Below the pieces are notes generated by a model that saw only the letters and a program-made list of their open reading frames with translations, ran no database searches and had not been told where the DNA came from. The position numbers and the translations under genes are program-made. A stretch of 64,000 nucleotides of DNA, from positions 1,984,001 through 2,048,000 of the forward strand of contig OY968762.1 of the NCBI GenBank assembly GCA_963695225.1, given 5' to 3'. Positions 1 to 9,708 of the stretch are shown here, in pieces. The first letter of the stretch is position 1. The number at the start of each line of letters is the position of its first letter. Origin of the DNA: Vulcanimicrobiota bacterium (GTDB lineage Bacteria > Vulcanimicrobiota > Vulcanimicrobiia > Vulcanimicrobiales > Vulcanimicrobiaceae).

Positions 1-103
1 GACGGCCCAAGGAAGGTCACAGTATTTTCTTCGGCACGCCGGCGCCCGCGCTGAGCGCGCGCCCTCGCCGGCCCGGCTCCGCCGTGGAGCGGGCGGGGAT
101 CCC

Positions 104-1897
104 TTAGGCCGCCCCGGCCGGCGGAGCAGGCGGCTTTGCCGTGCTCTGCAGCGAGAGCTCGCGAAGCTGCTTCGGTTCGACGCGCGCCGGCGCGTCCATC
201 ATGAGGTCGCGGGCGAGCTGGTTCTTCGGATACGCGATCACGTCGCGGATGCTCGTTTCACCGCACGCGAGCATCGCCACGCGGTCGAGGCCCAACGCCA
301 TGCCGCCGTGCGGAGGCGCTCCGTATTGCAGCGCTTCGAGCAGGAATCCGAAGCGCTCTTCGATCGAGCGATCGGAGTGCTTGAACGCGTCCTTGAATAT
401 GCGCCGCTGGAACGCGGCATCGTGGATGCGGATCGAACCGCTCCCGAGCTCGAAGCCGTTCAGCACGAGATCGTAGTGCTGCGCGCGCATCGCGAGCGGA
501 TCCGTATCGAGCAGCGCGTCCTGGCCCGGATACGGCGCGGTGAACGCGTGGTGCGCCGGTGCGATCTCGCCGGTCTCGGGATCGCGCTCGAAGAGCGGAA
601 AATCGAGCACCCAGCAAAACGCGAACTCCTTCGGATCGCGCAGGCCCAAGCGCTCGCCGATCTCCGCCCGCAGATTCCCGGCGATCTGCGACGTCGCGCC
701 CGAGCTGCCTTCGGCGCCCGCGACGATGAGGATCGCGTCCCCGGTCACGGCGCCGGCCGCGGAGGCGAGCGCTTCGACGAGCGGTTCGTTCAGCAGCTTC
801 GCGATCGACGATTTCCAACCGTCCGCGCCGAGCGCGATCCAGATCAACCCGCCCGCCCCGAACGATTTCGCGGTTTCCGTCAGCGCGTCGAAATCGCGCC
901 GCGAGAGCGAACCGCCGCCGGGGTAGCGCACTGCGACGATCCGGCTCGCGCTGCCCCCGGCATGCGCCTCCAAGAACTTGATCCCGGTGCCGCGGAAGAG
1001 TTCCGCGACGTCCGCGAGTTCGAGCCCGAAGCGCAGATCGGGTTTATCGACCCCGTACCGCCGGATCGCGTCCGCGTGCTCGAGGCGCGGAAACGGACGC
1101 GGGAGCACGATGCCGAGCGCCTTCTCCCAGACGTACGCGATGCACTCTTCCATGATCTCGATGACGTCCTCTTGCGTGACGAAGGACATCTCGACGTCGA
1201 GTTGCGTGAACTCGGGCTGACGGTCCGAGCGCGAGTCTTCGTCTCGAAAGCACCGCGCGATCTGCATGTAACGGCCGAGGCCGCCGACCATCAGGATCTG
1301 CTTGAGGAGCTGCGGCGATTGCGGAAGCGCGTAGAACGTCCCCGGATGGATGCGGCTCGGGACGAGATAATCGCGCGCGCCCTCGGGCGTCGATTTGATC
1401 AGCATCGGCGTTTCGATTTCGAGGAAATCGCGCGCGTCGAAAAAATCGCGCATCGCCTTGACGATCTTGTGCCGCACGGTCAAGTTGCGCTGCAGCCGCG
1501 GACGGCGCAGGTCGAGATAGCGATGCTTCAGACGCAACGATTCGTCGACGTCGGTATCGGCGTTGACCGGAAACGGGGGCGTCAGCGAACGGTTGAGGAT
1601 CTCGATGTCGCCGGCCGCGATTTCGACGGCGCCCGTCGCGAGCTTCGGATTCTCGGTCCCCGCCGGACGCGCGCGCACGGTGCCCTGCACGCGCACGACG
1701 TCTTCGTTGCGCAACGTCTCGGCGAGCGCGAACTGCTCACCGTTCGCCGGATCGAACACGACTTGCGTGACCCCGTCCCGGTCGCGCAGGTCGATGAAGA
1801 TCAAGCCGCCGTGATCGCGGCGGCGATTGACCCAGCCGTTCAACTCGACGCAGGCGCCCGCGTGCCCCGCGCCGAGCGCGCCGCATGAGACCTTCAT
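104..1897 (-). CDS. aspS: Aspartyl-tRNA synthetase (likely non-discriminating)
   Basis: GWVNRRRDHGGLIFIDLRD, STPEGARDY, QSPQ, RQPEFTQLD, GAPPHGG motifs; start trimmed to MKVSCG (ATG 1897). Confidence 0.97.
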   Translation of the reverse strand: MKVSCGALGAGHAGACVELNGWVNRRRDHGGLIFIDLRDRDGVTQVVFDPANGEQFALAETLRNEDVVRVQGTVRARPAGTENPKLATGAVEIAAGDIEILNRSLTPPFPVNADTDVDESLRLKHRYLDLRRPRLQRNLTVRHKIVKAMRDFFDARDFLEIETPMLIKSTPEGARDYLVPSRIHPGTFYALPQSPQLLKQILMVGGLGRYMQIARCFRDEDSRSDRQPEFTQLDVEMSFVTQEDVIEIMEECIAYVWEKALGIVLPRPFPRLEHADAIRRYGVDKPDLRFGLELADVAELFRGTGIKFLEAHAGGSASRIVAVRYPGGGSLSRRDFDALTETAKSFGAGGLIWIALGADGWKSSIAKLLNEPLVEALASAAGAVTGDAILIVAGAEGSSGATSQIAGNLRAEIGERLGLRDPKEFAFCWVLDFPLFERDPETGEIAPAHHAFTAPYPGQDALLDTDPLAMRAQHYDLVLNGFELGSGSIRIHDAAFQRRIFKDAFKHSDRSIEERFGFLLEALQYGAPPHGGMALGLDRVAMLACGETSIRDVIAYPKNQLARDLMMDAPARVEPKQLRELSLQSTAKPPAPPAGAA

Positions 1898-1910
1898 CGC
1901 CCTCGTAGAA

Positions 1911-2813
1911 CTAGGCACGTTCGCGCTCCATTGCATCCTTGATGCCGCTGACGTAGTGGTACTGGTAGACGATGTTCCGCGCGAGGCCCGGCTTCGCCGC
2001 GCCGGCGCGGTCGAGCCGGGCGATCAAACCCGGGCTGCGCTGCAGCACGCCGTGCAGCCCGAGCGAAACGAACGTCATCCCGAGATTTGCCTGCACCTTG
2101 AAGCTCGGGTGCTTCCGGTAGAACCGCACCGTCGAGCGGCCGGCGAGTTCCATTCGCCCCTTCTGCTCCTGGTACCCGACCGGGTGCCAGTGATAGTTCA
2201 CGGCGCGCGGCTCGTACAGAATCTTCATGCCGTCGGCTTCGATGCGGTAGCCCAGCTCGAGATCCTCGTGCCCGTAGCCCGTGAACGATTCGTCGAACTT
2301 GCCGAGACGGATCAGATCGTCGCGCCGCACGGAGGCGTTTCCGGTCAGGAAATAGAGCCAGGAAAGCTGCTTGCGTGCGGACGGGTGGAGCGGGCGCCGC
2401 TCGGCGGGGCGGTCGCGCAAGCGCTCGTACTCTTCGTACGTGGCAACCTGCAATTCGAGCCCGACGACCGCGATGCCGAGGCGCGCCTTGTGGACTTGGA
2501 GATGGCGCGAGAGCAGATCCGGGGAAGCGATGATGTCGGCATCCGTGAACAGGACGATGTCCGCCCCGGCCGCATCGATCCCGGCGTTGCGCGCCATCGC
2601 GCGGCCGGTGTAGGGGCCCGGGAGGTGCCGGACGTTCGGATGTTCGCGCGCAACCTCGGCGAGATACTCCGCCGTCCCGTCGTTCGAGTTCGAATCGGCG
2701 ACGACAAGCTCGTATTGGTCCTCGCGGAGATCGCTGCGCAAGAGGGCGGGGATCACGTAGCGGAGGCGGTCGAGCCGGTTGTAGGTCGGGATGACGACGG
2801 AGATCTCAAGCAT
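1911..2813 (-). CDS. Glycosyltransferase family 2
   Basis: ISVVIPTYNR, FTDAD DxD, GYGHEDLELGYR; start trimmed to MLEISVV. Confidence 0.9.
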   Translation of the reverse strand: MLEISVVIPTYNRLDRLRYVIPALLRSDLREDQYELVVADSNSNDGTAEYLAEVAREHPNVRHLPGPYTGRAMARNAGIDAAGADIVLFTDADIIASPDLLSRHLQVHKARLGIAVVGLELQVATYEEYERLRDRPAERRPLHPSARKQLSWLYFLTGNASVRRDDLIRLGKFDESFTGYGHEDLELGYRIEADGMKILYEPRAVNYHWHPVGYQEQKGRMELAGRSTVRFYRKHPSFKVQANLGMTFVSLGLHGVLQRSPGLIARLDRAGAAKPGLARNIVYQYHYVSGIKDAMERERA

Positions 2814-3801
2814 CGCTGGTCTGCAAAAGCCTTTCGATCCCCGCGAGGATCTCCTCGCGGGAGGCGGCAAGGTCGGCAGGGTCGTCCCCGGCGGGTTTGC
2901 GCAAGCAGACCGAGGGGACTCTGTACGGTGCCCATTCCTGCGAACTCAAGGCGAAATACCGTCGTTCGAACAGGACGAGCGTGGGCCTCCGCACGGCGCT
3001 CGCGACGTGGGTCGCACCCGTATCGACGGTCACGACGAGGGCACCTCGCTCGAAGGTTGCGGCCCACTCGCCGAACGCCAGCCCGCCGAGGACGAAATCG
3101 GCGACGCCCCCCGCCCGCAACTCCCCGGCCTCGGCGGCGACGTCGGGCCCGTGCGTCACGACGACCGGCCGTCCGAAGCGGCGGATCGCCCACAGGAGCG
3201 CGACGAAGCTCTGGAACGAGCTCCCCGCCGAGAGCCAGCGCGGAGCGAAATGCACGACGATCGCCCCCTCCGGCAGGCGCGCGGCGCGGGCCCGCGCCTC
3301 GGCGCTCACGGGGACGACCAGATCGTCGACGAGGACCGTCCCGCCCGCCGCCCGCACGAGATCGCGAACCTGCAGCACCTCGTGCCGCACGACGTAGCTC
3401 GGATCGCGCTCGCAGAGTTCGGGATCCGCCTCCGAGACGAGGCACTCGCTCAGGAAGAACCCCGCCGTCGCGCGCGCGAGATACCGGCGCACGTACGTGT
3501 ACCCGATGCGCCGGCGGGCGCGCGTCTCGGCGACGAACGCGAAATCCGGCGCGCACGGCGCGAGCGCGAGCGCGAGGTCGAACGCCCCCCGGTAGCGCTC
3601 GGCGAGGATCGCCGGGCGCACGTCGCGCGGGATCGCGACGATCTCGTCGACGTCCGTGTTCCCCTCCATCACGACCGCGTTATAGGCGCTGCAGACCATC
3701 GTAACGCGCGCTTGCGGCCACGAGCGGCGCACCGAGGCGATCGCCGGCGTCGAGAGCACGAGGTCGCCGATCCGGTCGAGCCTGGTCAGAACGATGTTCA
3801 T
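2806..3801 (-). CDS. Glycosyltransferase family 9 (heptosyltransferase-like)
   Basis: MNIVLTRLDRIGDLVLSTP and VTVDTGATHVASAV motifs; C-terminal part of ORF 2806..4773. Confidence 0.9.
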   Translation of the reverse strand: MNIVLTRLDRIGDLVLSTPAIASVRRSWPQARVTMVCSAYNAVVMEGNTDVDEIVAIPRDVRPAILAERYRGAFDLALALAPCAPDFAFVAETRARRRIGYTYVRRYLARATAGFFLSECLVSEADPELCERDPSYVVRHEVLQVRDLVRAAGGTVLVDDLVVPVSAEARARAARLPEGAIVVHFAPRWLSAGSSFQSFVALLWAIRRFGRPVVVTHGPDVAAEAGELRAGGVADFVLGGLAFGEWAATFERGALVVTVDTGATHVASAVRRPTLVLFERRYFALSSQEWAPYRVPSVCLRKPAGDDPADLAASREEILAGIERLLQTSDA

Positions 3802-4703
3802 CCCGCCAGGCCGGCTTTGGCCCGCTCGAGTTCCTCGAAATATGTTTCGCGCGCGAGGCCGCGCGCGAAGAAGAGCTCGCGCCCGGAGAGCGCGCGATCC
3901 GCACTGCAATCGCCGAGCGCACGCTCGAAGCGCGCGGGGAGGCCGATCGCCCGCGCGGCGCGGTGCAGCGCGCGCTGCACCGGGTCGTCCCCGATCGCGA
4001 GGACGACGCGCCAATGCGGATGCAGCGCGTGCAACTGCACCGCAGTGCGCGCCTGCGCGCGCGCCTGCCGCAGCATCCCTGCGACGTTCTCGGCGCGCGG
4101 CCGCGGCTTGTGATGGAACACGAGCGCGCGCTTGTTGAAGACACCGGGGGCGCCGGCTCGGCGCAGCCGCATGCCGAGCTCGATGTCTTCCCATCCGTAC
4201 TCGCGGAAGTCTTCGGTGAAATGCCCGACCCGGTCCAGCGTCTCGCGCGCGACGGAGACGTTGCTCGTCCAGAAGAAGTTCGCGCTGTAGTTCGCGAGCG
4301 TCCAAATCGGCGGGGGCAACGCGTCGAAGCTTTCGGCGTTGATCACCGCGCCCCCGACGACCGCTTCGGGCGTGCGCACGTGCGAGCGCAGATGCTCCTC
4401 GACGAACGTCGGCGTCGGGAGGATGTCGTCGTCGATGAACACGATGCGCTCGCCGCGCGCGCGCGCGATCCCGGTGTTCCGTCCGCGCGCGAGGCCGGCG
4501 TTCGCCTGATGGACGACCGTGAACCCGCAGGTCGCGCGCCGCGCGGCCGCTTCGATCACGGCGGGCGTTTCGTCGCGCGAGCCGTCGTTGACCAGGACGA
4601 CTTCGTATTGGTCGCCCGGGAGCGTCTGTTCGAAACAGCCGTCGAGCACGCGCGCCAAGAGATGCGCGCGGTTGTATGTGCAGAGCTGAATCGTGATGCG
4701 CAT
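3798..4703 (-). CDS. Glycosyltransferase family 2
   Basis: ITIQLCTYNR, VNDGSRD, FIDDD, YGWEDIELGMR. Confidence 0.9.
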   Translation of the reverse strand: MRITIQLCTYNRAHLLARVLDGCFEQTLPGDQYEVVLVNDGSRDETPAVIEAAARRATCGFTVVHQANAGLARGRNTGIARARGERIVFIDDDILPTPTFVEEHLRSHVRTPEAVVGGAVINAESFDALPPPIWTLANYSANFFWTSNVSVARETLDRVGHFTEDFREYGWEDIELGMRLRRAGAPGVFNKRALVFHHKPRPRAENVAGMLRQARAQARTAVQLHALHPHWRVVLAIGDDPVQRALHRAARAIGLPARFERALGDCSADRALSGRELFFARGLARETYFEELERAKAGLAG

Positions 4704-4705
4704 CG

Positions 4706-5044
4706 TCAGTACAGGCGCGTTCCGTTCGGAACCGGGCGTTCGAGCGCCGCCAGCACGACGTTGCCTTCCGCATCGTCGGCGCCGAGCGTCAGCACCTCGC
4801 TCGTGAAGCCCGCAATCCGCTTGGGCGGAAAATTGACGACGGCGAGGACTTGCCGCCCGACGAGGTCTTGCGGCCGGTAGTTTTGGGTGATTTGGACGCT
4901 CGAGCGCTTCGTGCCGAGCGTCTCGCCGAAATCGATCGTGAGCCGGTAGGCCGGCTTGCGGGCTTCGGGAAAATCGTCGGCCGCAACGATCGTGCCGACG
5001 CGGATCTGGACGCGTTCGAATTCCGTAGGAGTAAGGGGCGGCAT
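4706..5044 (-). CDS. csaA: tRNA-binding / export chaperone CsaA-family OB-fold protein
   Basis: IRVGTIVAADDFPEARKPAYRL, VVNFPPKRIAGFTSEVLTLG. Confidence 0.9.
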   Translation of the reverse strand: MPPLTPTEFERVQIRVGTIVAADDFPEARKPAYRLTIDFGETLGTKRSSVQITQNYRPQDLVGRQVLAVVNFPPKRIAGFTSEVLTLGADDAEGNVVLAALERPVPNGTRLY

Positions 5045-5094
5045 CGCCTCGCAGTTCGTTCCGCGCCCCGACGGGGCCCGCCCGTTCTTCGCGG

Positions 5095-6090
5095 CTACTG
5101 CGCCGCGAGGAGCGTCCGCAGCGCCTCGACGACGCGTTCCGGCGCGAGCTCGGCGAGGCAGGCGAAATTCGGGCAGGTTTCTTTTCGGTGCTCCGGCGGG
5201 CAGGGGTACGTCCCGCGCAGGACCGCCGTCCTTGGCCCGAGCGGCGCCCAGCGGTCCGGTTCGTCGCTGGCGAGCGCGAATATCCCGAGCGTCGGCGCCC
5301 CGACGGCGGCGGCAACGTGCATCGGGCCGCTGTCGAGCGCGACGACGGCCGTCGCGCCTTCGGCGAGCGCGCCGAATTCAGCGAGCGACGCCCGCCCCGC
5401 GAGCGAGGAGCCCCCGGCGCGGGCCGCGACCGCCTCGGCGATGTCACGGTCCCCCGGCGCACCGGTCACGACGAGCGGAACGCCGAGCGCTTCGCGGACG
5501 CGCCCGGCGAGCGCGCCCAGCGCCTCCGTCGGCCAGCGCCCGTGGATCGCGGCGATCCCGCGCGTCGGATGGAAGACGGCGTAGCCGCCCGCGATCCCCT
5601 CGCTCGCGAGCAGTTCCGCGAGCGAAGCGCGCGCGGCGGGGGAGACGGCGAACGTCGGCGTCGCGTCGGCGACGTCGCACTCGAGCGCGCGCGCGAAATC
5701 GAGCAGGATCTGCGTCCAGTGCGTCGTGCGGTCCCCAAGTTCGCTCCGCACGACCACGCGCTTCGTGAACAGGCCCGAATAGAGGCGGCGCGCCTGCCCG
5801 ACGCGGACCGGGATCCCGGCGGCGAACGGGAGCGCCGAGCTGCGCGCCGTGGCCCAGGTGACGACGGCCGCGTCGAAGCGCCCCGCCCGCAGTCGGGCAG
5901 CCTGCTCGGGAACGGAGCCGCCGTCGACCCAGACGTCGGCGAGCGCCGGGTTCCCGGCAAGGACGTCGCGGTGTGCGGGCGCCGTGAGCGCGACGACGCG
6001 CTCGTAGCGCGCGCGCAGGGCGCGCATGACGGGCGTCGCGAGCAGGACGTCGCCGATCCCGCCGCCCGTGCAGACGACGAGCGCGTTCAA
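5095..6090 (-). CDS. Glycosyltransferase family 9
   Basis: GGIGDVLLATP, DSGPMHVAAAVG; TTG start 6090 overlaps the upstream stop. Confidence 0.88.
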   Translation of the reverse strand: MNALVVCTGGGIGDVLLATPVMRALRARYERVVALTAPAHRDVLAGNPALADVWVDGGSVPEQAARLRAGRFDAAVVTWATARSSALPFAAGIPVRVGQARRLYSGLFTKRVVVRSELGDRTTHWTQILLDFARALECDVADATPTFAVSPAARASLAELLASEGIAGGYAVFHPTRGIAAIHGRWPTEALGALAGRVREALGVPLVVTGAPGDRDIAEAVAARAGGSSLAGRASLAEFGALAEGATAVVALDSGPMHVAAAVGAPTLGIFALASDEPDRWAPLGPRTAVLRGTYPCPPEHRKETCPNFACLAELAPERVVEALRTLLAAQ

Positions 6091-7070
6091 AGACGAACCG
6101 CGCCGAGCGTCCCGACCCAGCCCCGCAAGCGCTCCTCCAAGCTTTCGAGCACGTCCGGCGTGCAGGCCGCCGTCACGCAGGGATCGGAGCACCAGGGCCG
6201 CCAGCGGCGCAGGTTCGACGCCTCGCAGCCGTCCGCTTCGAAGAGCACGAAGGCCGGGACGCCGGTCATCCCCGCGACGTGCGCCGCCCCCGTGTCGGGC
6301 GCGATCAAGGCGCGCGCCCCTGCGATCGCCGCCTTCCAGTCGCGCAGCGAGGGCGTCGGTTCGAGCCGCATCCCCGCGGCCGCGGCGATCGCGCGCGCGC
6401 CTTCGGGATCGGCCGGATCGCCGAGCGCGCTCACCGGCCCGAAACGCGCGAGATAAGCGAACGCCCCGATCTGCCGCTCGGGGGAGAAGCCGTAGCGGGC
6501 GTACTTCGGCGAGAGTTGGACGACGATCCGATCTCCGGCCGCGACGGGCTCGTCGAGGATGAGCGGGCGCAGGCGCGCCGGGTCGCGCGTCGGCCGCGCT
6601 TCGCCGTGCAGGCCGGCGCCGAGTTCGAACAACGTCTCGACTTCGTTACGCCGTTCGCGCCGGCCCGACGCCGGACGGACGAGCGCGCGCGTGAGCTGGC
6701 GGCGCGTCCAGAGGCTCTTGAGCGGCTTCTCCCACGCGTTCGTGAAGCCGACGCGAACGCGGGCGCCCGCTTCGCGCGCGAAGCGGTACGACTCCGGCTC
6801 TTCCGAGGGGATCAGCGCGATCTCGTACGCGCGTTCGCGCGCCCCGGCGAGAGCCGCGGCGTAGCTCTCGGGCGTGGAACCGTGGAGCGGCCAAGGCACT
6901 CTTTCCACGACGTGCCGCGCGCCGAACGCGGCGGGAGCGAAGGCGTCCGCGTTGCGCGTCGAGAGCACGGCGCCGAGTTCGTGCCCCGCGTCGCGGAGCG
7001 CGGCGACGAGCGGCGCGAGCACCAGCGCGTCGCCGATCCCGTCGCTGCGAACGAGCAGGATCCGGCTCAT
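6087..7070 (-). CDS. Glycosyltransferase family 9
   Basis: MSRILLVRSDGIGDALVLAP, DTGAAHVAG. Confidence 0.88.
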   Translation of the reverse strand: MSRILLVRSDGIGDALVLAPLVAALRDAGHELGAVLSTRNADAFAPAAFGARHVVERVPWPLHGSTPESYAAALAGARERAYEIALIPSEEPESYRFAREAGARVRVGFTNAWEKPLKSLWTRRQLTRALVRPASGRRERRNEVETLFELGAGLHGEARPTRDPARLRPLILDEPVAAGDRIVVQLSPKYARYGFSPERQIGAFAYLARFGPVSALGDPADPEGARAIAAAAGMRLEPTPSLRDWKAAIAGARALIAPDTGAAHVAGMTGVPAFVLFEADGCEASNLRRWRPWCSDPCVTAACTPDVLESLEERLRGWVGTLGAVRL

Positions 7071-7960
7071 GCTTCCGTCTGCGTTTCGTTCCGCAGCACG
7101 CGCCGCAATTCGTTCGTGTAGAGCCCGTCGAGGAATTGCGCGCGCGCGAATTCGCGCAGGATGCCGGGCATTCGGCCGCTCTTCGCGATGCCCGCGTAGA
7201 GCGGGAGCGCCCACTCCGGTGCGGTCACGCTCGCCCGCAGCAGGTTCGCGGCGTACGCTCCCGTGGCGAGGCGCGCGCGCCAGCTCGGCTCCTTGCGCAG
7301 CAGGTGCTCGGCCATCCGGGCGCGCTCGACGGTCTTGCGCCCGATGATTTCGAGCGTCTCGCTCTGCGGCGGCTTGATGTGATAGAGGTACGCGTCCCAG
7401 TCGAACGCGCGCCGGACGCCCGCGCGGCGGAAGCGCAAGCCGAGCTCCGTGTCCTCCCACCCGTAAAGATCGAAACTCTCGTCGAAGGCGCCGGCGTCTT
7501 CGAGCGCGCGGCGCGGGACGGAGACGTTGCACGTGCACAGAAAGGCGCGCGAAAAGTTCGCCGCCGTCGGCTCGGGCCGGACTTCGTACGAGGGCACGTT
7601 CAGGATCGGCCCCGAGACCGCGCGCGCATGCGAAGCGTCGCGATGCGCGGCCGCATGCGCCGCGACGAACCCCGGCGGCGCCCACACGTCGTCGTCGACG
7701 AACAGGATCGTCTCCCCGCGCGCCCGCGCGATGCCGACGTTGCGCGCCGCTCCGCGGTTCGGCTGCGCGTGCTGCGCGAGCAGGAGCGGGAACGGCGAGT
7801 CGGCGAGCCGCCCGCGCACGAGCTCGGCCGTTCCGTCCCGCGAGCCGTTATCGACCACGATGACCTCGAACCGCGCGCCCCCCTGCTGCAGCGCGAACGA
7901 ATCGAGCGCGCGTCCGACGAACGGCGCACGATCCTTCGTCGCGATCACGACGGAGAGCAT
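7067..7960 (-). CDS. Glycosyltransferase family 2
   Basis: LSVVIATKDR, VDNGSRD, FVDDD, YGWEDTELGLR. Confidence 0.9.
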   Translation of the reverse strand: MLSVVIATKDRAPFVGRALDSFALQQGGARFEVIVVDNGSRDGTAELVRGRLADSPFPLLLAQHAQPNRGAARNVGIARARGETILFVDDDVWAPPGFVAAHAAAHRDASHARAVSGPILNVPSYEVRPEPTAANFSRAFLCTCNVSVPRRALEDAGAFDESFDLYGWEDTELGLRFRRAGVRRAFDWDAYLYHIKPPQSETLEIIGRKTVERARMAEHLLRKEPSWRARLATGAYAANLLRASVTAPEWALPLYAGIAKSGRMPGILREFARAQFLDGLYTNELRRVLRNETQTEA

Positions 7961-9207
7961 CACGCCCCCGCTTCGGCGGGGACGCCGAGGAGCGAGCGTG
8001 CGACCCGCGCGGCGGCGCCGGCGTGCGCCGCGTAGAGCGCTCGCAGCCGTTCGCTCGCGAGCGCGCGACCCGCGTCGTCGGCCAGATACTCGACGACGCG
8101 CGCGGCGACGCGCCCCGGCGTCAGCGTGCCGCGCAGTTCCGGCATCAGCATCTCCCCCGCGTCGATGTTCGGTTGCGCCGTCAGCGGGAAGCGCGCCGAG
8201 ACGCGCATGACGACCGCGCGTTTGAGCGGCGTGCCGGCGAGCGGAAGGCGGCCCAGATACTGCAGCGGTCCGTTCACGACCGCGAGCTCCGGCGCGTTGA
8301 GCGGCGTGCAGACGACGGTCGGGACGCCGAGCGCGGCGAGCTCGATGCACTTCGTGCCGGGAATCGTCAGCACGCAGCGCGCGCGAGAGGCGGCGCGCAT
8401 CGCGTCGTAGACGATCGGGAACGGCGGCGCATCGCCGAGCGGATGCAGCGCCGGGCCGTCCGGCGTATCGACGACGCGCCCGCGCGTGCCCCAGAAGCGG
8501 GGATCTCCGCCGCCGGCGAGCGCGGTCTCTAGTTCGCCGAGCTCGGTGAACGGGGAGATCCCGAACGCGATCGGGACGCCCGGGGCGAGCGCCCGCAAAC
8601 GAACGGCAGCCTGCAGGAAGAACGGGACGAGGTTCGCGATCTCGAGCCGGCGCGACCCCGGCATGATCAAGACCCCCCCGGCCCAATCGCTCGCCGCCGC
8701 GCGCGGAGCGCCGCTTCCGAAGCGGCCCGAGGCCTCGCCCAACGCCCCGTCGATCGCGAGGTTGCCGACGCGTTCGATCCGCTCGGGGAGGATGGACGCC
8801 GCGCGGATGTCGCGCTCGTTCGCTTCGTCGACCGCGTAGACGCATTCGAGCCGGTCGCGCAGCGAGCGCCGCGCGAACTTATAGGAACGCAGCCTGCCGC
8901 CGAGGCGATCGTTCACGCGCCCCGCGTGCATCAAATCTCCGCCCAGGAAGAGCACCTCGTCGACCCTCGGCGGCAAGCCGTCGAGCGTCGCGCCGAGCGC
9001 GAAGCGCAAGTACTCGCGCGACGGGACGATCCGCGCCTGCGGGAAGAGGCGCCGCACGACGTTCGGTTCGCGCCCCGTCGCGTAGTCGTCCGGGACGCAG
9101 AACAGCGTGACGTCGACGTCCGGATCCCGGCGGTACAATTCGAACAGGAGCGGCCTCAGCCACCCTGAGAGTTCACCCGGGCCGTTGCTCGTGATCGCGA
9201 TGCGCAG
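7960..9207 (-). CDS. Lipid-A-disaccharide synthase (LpxB)-like GT-B protein; non-canonical CTG start inferred
   Basis: N-terminal RIAITSNGPGELSGWLRP lies upstream of the track's TTG start; VGN, MPGSRRLE, PGTKCIELAALGVP and PNI motifs resemble LpxB. Confidence 0.7.
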   Translation of the reverse strand: MRIAITSNGPGELSGWLRPLLFELYRRDPDVDVTLFCVPDDYATGREPNVVRRLFPQARIVPSREYLRFALGATLDGLPPRVDEVLFLGGDLMHAGRVNDRLGGRLRSYKFARRSLRDRLECVYAVDEANERDIRAASILPERIERVGNLAIDGALGEASGRFGSGAPRAAASDWAGGVLIMPGSRRLEIANLVPFFLQAAVRLRALAPGVPIAFGISPFTELGELETALAGGGDPRFWGTRGRVVDTPDGPALHPLGDAPPFPIVYDAMRAASRARCVLTIPGTKCIELAALGVPTVVCTPLNAPELAVVNGPLQYLGRLPLAGTPLKRAVVMRVSARFPLTAQPNIDAGEMLMPELRGTLTPGRVAARVVEYLADDAGRALASERLRALYAAHAGAAARVARSLLGVPAEAGA

Positions 9208-9213
9208 TTCCGT

Positions 9214-9708
9214 CTACCCCCCGTAACTGCGCCGGATCAGCGCGACGAGATCCGTCGTGCTCTTCCCCGTCAGATGCGGCGCGAGCACGATCTCGCCACC
9301 GCCGGCAAGGACGGCCGTCCGCTCGGGCAGGTCCTCGATGCGGTATTGGCCGCTCTTCACGTGGACGTCCGGGCGAAGGCGCTCGATCAACGCCTCCGGC
9401 GTGCGTTGTTCGAAGCCGACCACCGCGTCGACGCTGCGCAGCCCCGCCAAGACCGCCGCGCGGTCCTCGAACGGGACGAACGGGCGCTCGGGCCCCTTGA
9501 GCGCGCGCACCGACGCATCGCTGTTGAGCCCGAGGATCAGCGCGTCGCCGCGCGCGCGCGCCCACGCAAGGTAGCCGACGTGCCCGGCGTGCAGCACGTC
9601 GAAGCAGCCGTTCGTGAAGACGACCCGCTTGCCCGCCGCGCGCCAGCGCTCGCGCAGCGCGACGGCTTCTTCGAGGCCGAGGATGGGGGCGGCGAACGCG
9701 TCAGCCAC
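9214..9708 (-). CDS. hldC: D-glycero-beta-D-manno-heptose 1-phosphate adenylyltransferase (RfaE domain II)
   Basis: VFTNGCFDVLHAGHV, GLNSDASVRALKG, STT motifs. Confidence 0.93.
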   Translation of the reverse strand: MADAFAAPILGLEEAVALRERWRAAGKRVVFTNGCFDVLHAGHVGYLAWARARGDALILGLNSDASVRALKGPERPFVPFEDRAAVLAGLRSVDAVVGFEQRTPEALIERLRPDVHVKSGQYRIEDLPERTAVLAGGGEIVLAPHLTGKSTTDLVALIRRSYGG

